IMG/VR virus record: IMGVR_UViG_2740892234_000013
Length of the DNA stretch: 10,321 nucleotides
Strand: one strand, 5' to 3'
Source of the DNA: a virus
Taxonomy: Duplodnaviria; Heunggongvirae; Uroviricota; Caudoviricetes
Both the position numbers and the translations under genes were made by a program. Positions within the stretch are counted from its first letter, which is position 1. Every line of letters starts with the position of its first letter. This document shows, piece after piece, positions 7,224-10,321 of the stretch. The notes below the pieces were generated by a model. It saw nothing but the letters and a program-made list of their open reading frames with translations, did not search any database and was not told the origin of the DNA.

Positions 7224-8386
7224 TGCTGGATGCGCTGACATTTGATGCAGGCAGTACGCTGACGCCGGATTACATGCTGATGCTCGACAGCAGGGATATT
7301 ACCGGCAATATCAGCGACCGTCTGATGAGCATGACTCTGACGGATAACCGGGGCTTTGAGGCTGACCAGCTTGATATTGAACTGAACGATGCCGACGGGC
7401 AGGTCGAACTGCCGGTTCGTGGCGCTGTCCTGACGGTGTATATCGGCTGGAAAGGTTTTGCCCTGGTATGCAAAGGGAAATTCACCGTTGATGAGGTAGA
7501 ACACCGGGGCGCGCCGGATGTGGTCACCATCCGGGCCCGGAGTGCAGATTTTCGTGGCACGCTCAATTCCCGCCGTGAAGGCTCCTGGCATGACACCACG
7601 CTCGGTGCGATTGTTGAGGCGATAGCCTCCCGTAACAGGCTGGAAGCCAGTGTCGCTCCGTCACTGGCCGGAATTAAAATCCCGCACATCGACCAGTCGC
7701 AGGAGTCTGATGCTAAATTCTTGACCCGTCTTGCTGAACGCAACGGCGGTGAGGTGTCGGTAAAAATGGGAAAACTGCTGTTTCTCAAAGCGGGGCAGGG
7801 GGTGACGGCCAGCGGTAAAAAAATCCCGCAGGTCACCATCACCCGCAGCGACGGTGACCGCCATCATTTTGCGATTGCTGACCGTGGAGCCTACACCGGC
7901 GTAACGGCGAAGTGGTTACACACCAAAGACCCGAAGCCGCAAAAGCAGAAGGTAAAACTGAAACGCAAAAAGAAAGAGAAACACCTGCGCGCACTGGAGC
8001 ACCCCAAAGCGAAACCGGTCACGCAGAAGAAAGCGCCAAAAGTACCGGAAGCGCGCGAAGGTGAATACATGGCCGGTGAAGCTGACAACGTTTTTGCCCT
8101 GACTACGGTATATGCCACAAAAGCGCAGGCCATGCGCGCCGCTCAGGCAAAGTGGGATAAGCTGCAACGGGGCGTTGCGGAGTTCTCCATCAGTCTGGCT
8201 ACTGGTCGGGCAGATATTTACACGGAAACGCCGGTCAAAGTGTCAGGCTTTAAGCGCGTCATAGACGAGCAGGACTGGACAATCACTAAGGTGACACATT
8301 TTCTGAATAATAGCGGCTTCACGACGTCCTTAGAGCTTGAGGTCAGGCTTTCTGATGTGGAGTACGAAACAGAAGATGATGAGTGA
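7223..8386 (+). CDS. D: Tail protein gpD (late control gene D, tail hub/baseplate-proximal)
   Basis: 387 aa, the same length as P2 D. Translationally coupled to U. Last gene of the tail operon, before ogr. Confidence 0.9.
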   Translation: MLDALTFDAGSTLTPDYMLMLDSRDITGNISDRLMSMTLTDNRGFEADQLDIELNDADGQVELPVRGAVLTVYIGWKGFALVCKGKFTVDEVEHRGAPDVVTIRARSADFRGTLNSRREGSWHDTTLGAIVEAIASRNRLEASVAPSLAGIKIPHIDQSQESDAKFLTRLAERNGGEVSVKMGKLLFLKAGQGVTASGKKIPQVTITRSDGDRHHFAIADRGAYTGVTAKWLHTKDPKPQKQKVKLKRKKKEKHLRALEHPKAKPVTQKKAPKVPEAREGEYMAGEADNVFALTTVYATKAQAMRAAQAKWDKLQRGVAEFSISLATGRADIYTETPVKVSGFKRVIDEQDWTITKVTHFLNNSGFTTSLELEVRLSDVEYETEDDE

Positions 8387-8404
8387 TGTTTTTATTTTAT
8401 CTGT

Positions 8405-8433
8405 TTGTTTTGTAAGGGTAAATTAACTAAAAT
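8405..8433 (+). promoter_or_regulatory. Candidate sigma70 promoter for ogr
   Basis: TTGTTT (8405-8410), 17-bp spacer, TAAAAT (8428-8433), about 35 nt upstream of the ogr ATG. Confidence 0.35.
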
Positions 8434-8467
8434 GGCACCATCAACAAAACCGGAAGAGGTGCTCGCG

Positions 8468-8686
8468 ATGTTTCATTGTCCTTTATGCCAGCATGCCGCA
8501 CATGCGCGTACAAGCCGCTATATCACTGACACGACAAAAGAGCGTTATCACCAGTGCCAGAACGTGAATTGCAGCGCCACGTTCATCACTTATGAGTCGG
8601 TACAGCGATACATCGTGAAGCCGGGAGAAGTCCACGCCGTGAGGCCGCACCCGTTGCCGTCAGGGCAGCAAATTATGTGGATGTAA
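8468..8686 (+). CDS. ogr: Late-gene transcriptional activator Ogr (C4 zinc-finger)
   Basis: The 72-aa product from the internal ATG at 8468 starts MFHCPLCQHAAHARTSRYITDTTKERYHQCQNVNCSATF, i.e. a CxxC...CxxxxC zinc-binding pattern and the Ogr/Delta family N-terminus. GGAAGAGG lies just upstream. The 93-aa ORF in the track from 8405 is probably an over-extension. Confidence 0.85.
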   Translation: MFHCPLCQHAAHARTSRYITDTTKERYHQCQNVNCSATFITYESVQRYIVKPGEVHAVRPHPLPSGQQIMWM

Positions 8687-8698
8687 TTACAAACAGAA

Positions 8699-8724
8699 AG
8701 CCCCTCAGTCGAGGGGCTTTTTTT
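8699..8724 (+). terminator. Rho-independent terminator after ogr
   Basis: Stem AGCCCCTC (8699-8706), loop AGTC, GAGGGGCT (8711-8718), then a run of 7 T. Confidence 0.8.
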
Positions 8725-8788
8725 GTCGATGTGGTCAATGTGTGGACGTGACCAGAAATAAATCCTTTTATTTCAATTTGTTGTACGT

Positions 8789-8815
8789 AAAAAATAAGCC
8801 CGTGTAAGGGAGATT
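8789..8815. other. attR: P2 att core (attR crossover region), prophage/host boundary
   Basis: AAAAAATAAGCCCGTGTAAGGGAGATT matches the 27-bp P2 attP/attB core as I recall it. It lies after ogr, where P2 attP is located, and coincides with the 3' end of cyaR. Confidence 0.7.
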
Positions 8816-8875
8816 ACACAGGCTAAGGAGGTGGTTCCTGGTACAGCTAGCATTTTATGGGTTATGTTTTTCAGC
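8789..8875 (-). ncRNA. cyaR: CyaR (RyeE) small regulatory RNA, Hfq-dependent and CRP-activated
   Basis: The reverse complement of 8789-8875 reads GCTGAAAAACATAACCCATAAAATGCTAGCTGTACCAGGAACCACCTCCTTAGCCTGTGTAATCTCCCTTACACGGGCTTATTTTTT (87 nt), which matches the CyaR sequence as I recall it, including the CCTCCTT motif. The terminator hairpin is GCCTGTGTAA/TTACACGGGC plus a U-tract. Confidence 0.75.
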
Positions 8876-8930
8876 GAAACGGATGATAACCTTAATAAAT
8901 ACAGCTGTATGTGATCGGTTTCTAAGAATT
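8876..8930 (-). promoter_or_regulatory. cyaR promoter with candidate class II CRP site
   Basis: On the - strand, TATCAT sits at 8888-8883 (about -13 to -8 from a 5' end at 8875). A TGTGA half-site at 8910-8914 places a 22-bp CRP window centred at about -41.5; the second half-site (TTTCT) is weak. Confidence 0.4.
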
Positions 8931-8959
8931 TTCCATCCGGGAAAAATAATCGAAATTAA

Positions 8960-10321
8960 TCACTTACCGTGGGGATTACGCGTGGTTTCCCCGGAGAAAT
9001 TACGCATCAGCAGCGCGTAATTGAGCTCAAGATCCTGCGGGACCGGGAGCCACACAGTATAACCATCGCCTGGTGCTATCGGCATAGCTTCGCCTTTGGC
9101 GTTTTCCATGTGCTCAAGGGTAAAATTAATGTTGCCTTGCGGCGTCATCAGCTCAAGGCTGTCGCCAACGGAGAATTTATTTTTCACCGCTACCGCCGCG
9201 AGGTCCCCCTTGCGCTCACCGGTAAACTCACCAACAAACTGCTGGCGGTCAGAAACTGAATAACCGTATTCGTAGTTCTGATAATCGTCGTGAGTATGAC
9301 GACGCAGGAAACCTTCGGTATAGCCACGATGCGCCAGGCCTTCCAGGGTTTCCAGCAGGCTGGTGTCAAACGGTTTGCCCGCAGCGGCGTCATCAATAGC
9401 TTTGCGGTAAACCTGTGCGGTGCGTGCGCAATAGTAGAAAGATTTGGTACGGCCTTCGATTTTCAGCGAATGCACGCCCATTTTGGTCAGGCGTTCTACA
9501 TGGGCGATAGCGCGCAGATCTTTCGAGTTCATGATGTAAGTGCCGTGCTCATCTTCAAACGCGGTCATATACTCGCCCGGACGCTGGGCTTCTTCGATCA
9601 TAAACACTTTGTCGGTTGGTGCGCCGATACCCAGCGTCGGCTCAACATTTTGCACCGGAATCGGCTCGTACTTGTGTACGATGTTGCCAACATCATCTTC
9701 TTTCCCTTCCTGGACGTTGTACTCCCAGCGGCAGGCGTTGGTGCAGGTGCCCTGGTTCGGGTCGCGCTTGTTGATATAGCCAGAGAGCAGGCAGCGACCG
9801 GAGTAGGCCATGCACAGCGCGCCGTGCACGAAGATCTCTACCTCCATATCCGGCACCTGATTGCGGATCTCTTCAATCTCTTCCAGCGACAGCTCGCGAG
9901 AGAGGATCACGCGGGTCAGTCCCATTTGCTGCCAGAATTTCACCGTCGCCCAGTTCACGGCGTTAGCCTGTACCGAGAGATGGATCGGCATTTCAGGGAA
10001 GTGCTCCCGCACCAGCATAATCAGCCCCGGATCGGACATAATCAGCGCATCCGGCCCCATTTCCACCACCGGTTTCAGGTCACGGATAAAGGTTTTCAGC
10101 TTGGCGTTGTGCGGTGCAATGTTGACCACGACATAAAACTTTTTCCCCAGCGCGTGGGCTTCATTGATGCCGAGCTGAAGATTTTCGTGGTTGAATTCGT
10201 TGTTGCGCACACGCAGGGAATAACGCGGCTGGCCCGCATAAACAGCATCTGCGCCATAAGCGAAAGCGTAACGCATATTTTTCAGCGTTCCCGCCGGGGA
10301 AAGGAGTTCCGGTTTAAACAT
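8960..10321 (-). CDS. trhP: U32-family peptidase-like protein YegQ/TrhP (prephenate-dependent tRNA U34 hydroxylation)
   Basis: Complete 453-aa ORF whose start codon is the last 3 nt of the window on the - strand. The sequence (MFKPELLSPAGTLKNMRYAFAYGADAVYAGQPRYSLR...) matches E. coli YegQ as I recall it, which is also 453 aa. GC-rich host-like composition. Confidence 0.85.
   Translation of the reverse strand: MFKPELLSPAGTLKNMRYAFAYGADAVYAGQPRYSLRVRNNEFNHENLQLGINEAHALGKKFYVVVNIAPHNAKLKTFIRDLKPVVEMGPDALIMSDPGLIMLVREHFPEMPIHLSVQANAVNWATVKFWQQMGLTRVILSRELSLEEIEEIRNQVPDMEVEIFVHGALCMAYSGRCLLSGYINKRDPNQGTCTNACRWEYNVQEGKEDDVGNIVHKYEPIPVQNVEPTLGIGAPTDKVFMIEEAQRPGEYMTAFEDEHGTYIMNSKDLRAIAHVERLTKMGVHSLKIEGRTKSFYYCARTAQVYRKAIDDAAAGKPFDTSLLETLEGLAHRGYTEGFLRRHTHDDYQNYEYGYSVSDRQQFVGEFTGERKGDLAAVAVKNKFSVGDSLELMTPQGNINFTLEHMENAKGEAMPIAPGDGYTVWLPVPQDLELNYALLMRNFSGETTRNPHGK

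Larger units (their letters stand above)
1..8815 (+). mobile_element. Right arm of a P2-like prophage (tail-fibre end, cargo locus, FI-FII-E-T-U-D tail operon, ogr, attR core); left boundary is outside the window
   Basis: Gene order and protein lengths match the P2 late region (FI 396 aa, FII 172 aa, E 91 aa, T 815 aa, U 159 aa, D 387 aa, Ogr 72 aa). It ends at a 27-bp sequence that I recall as the P2 att core. Host genes follow immediately. Confidence 0.85.

Noticed and set aside
7133-8167. - strand ORFs (7133..7591, 7270..7842, 7661..7867, 7891..8133, 7916..8167) opposite U and D
   Set aside because: Antisense to the translationally coupled U/D genes. No RBS or promoter evidence.
8405-8467. 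N-terminal 21-codon extension of ogr in the ORF track (start at 8405)
   Set aside because: Ogr-family proteins are about 72 aa and begin MFHCPLC. The ATG at 8468 has an upstream purine-rich RBS, and the 8405 ATG lies inside the putative ogr promoter.
8969-10136. + strand ORFs (8969..9259, 9540..9779, 9861..10136) and - strand 9190..9396 within yegQ
   Set aside because: Antisense or alternate-frame to the complete 453-aa yegQ/trhP gene.
1-10321. CRISPR arrays, tRNA/rRNA genes, insertion sequences, integrase
   Set aside because: No regularly spaced direct repeats, tRNA-like cloverleaf regions, terminal inverted repeats with a transposase, or integrase ORF are present. The P2 int gene would lie at the other prophage end, outside this window.

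Overview
The window is the right-hand end of a P2-like (Peduovirus-type) prophage and its junction with the Escherichia/Enterobacteriaceae chromosome. On the + strand, in order: the 3' end of a tail-fibre gene, a tail-fibre assembly gene (Tfa), an AT-rich cargo locus with one 197-aa membrane-anchored ORF of unknown function (1161..1754), then the conserved tail operon FI (sheath), FII (tube), E and E+E' (-1 frameshift chaperone), T (tape measure), U, D, and the late-gene activator ogr with its terminator. The prophage ends at a 27-bp att core (8789..8815) that overlaps the 3' terminator of the host sRNA gene cyaR (- strand), followed by the complete host gene yegQ/trhP (- strand, 8960..10321). 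The most interesting element is the cargo gene sitting exactly where P2 carries Z/fun, between the tail-fibre assembly gene and the sheath gene. I cannot assign it to any family from sequence alone, and I propose it as a candidate undescribed single-gene anti-phage or superinfection-exclusion determinant. All protein identifications rest on the supplied ORF translations compared with families recalled from memory; no database search was run.
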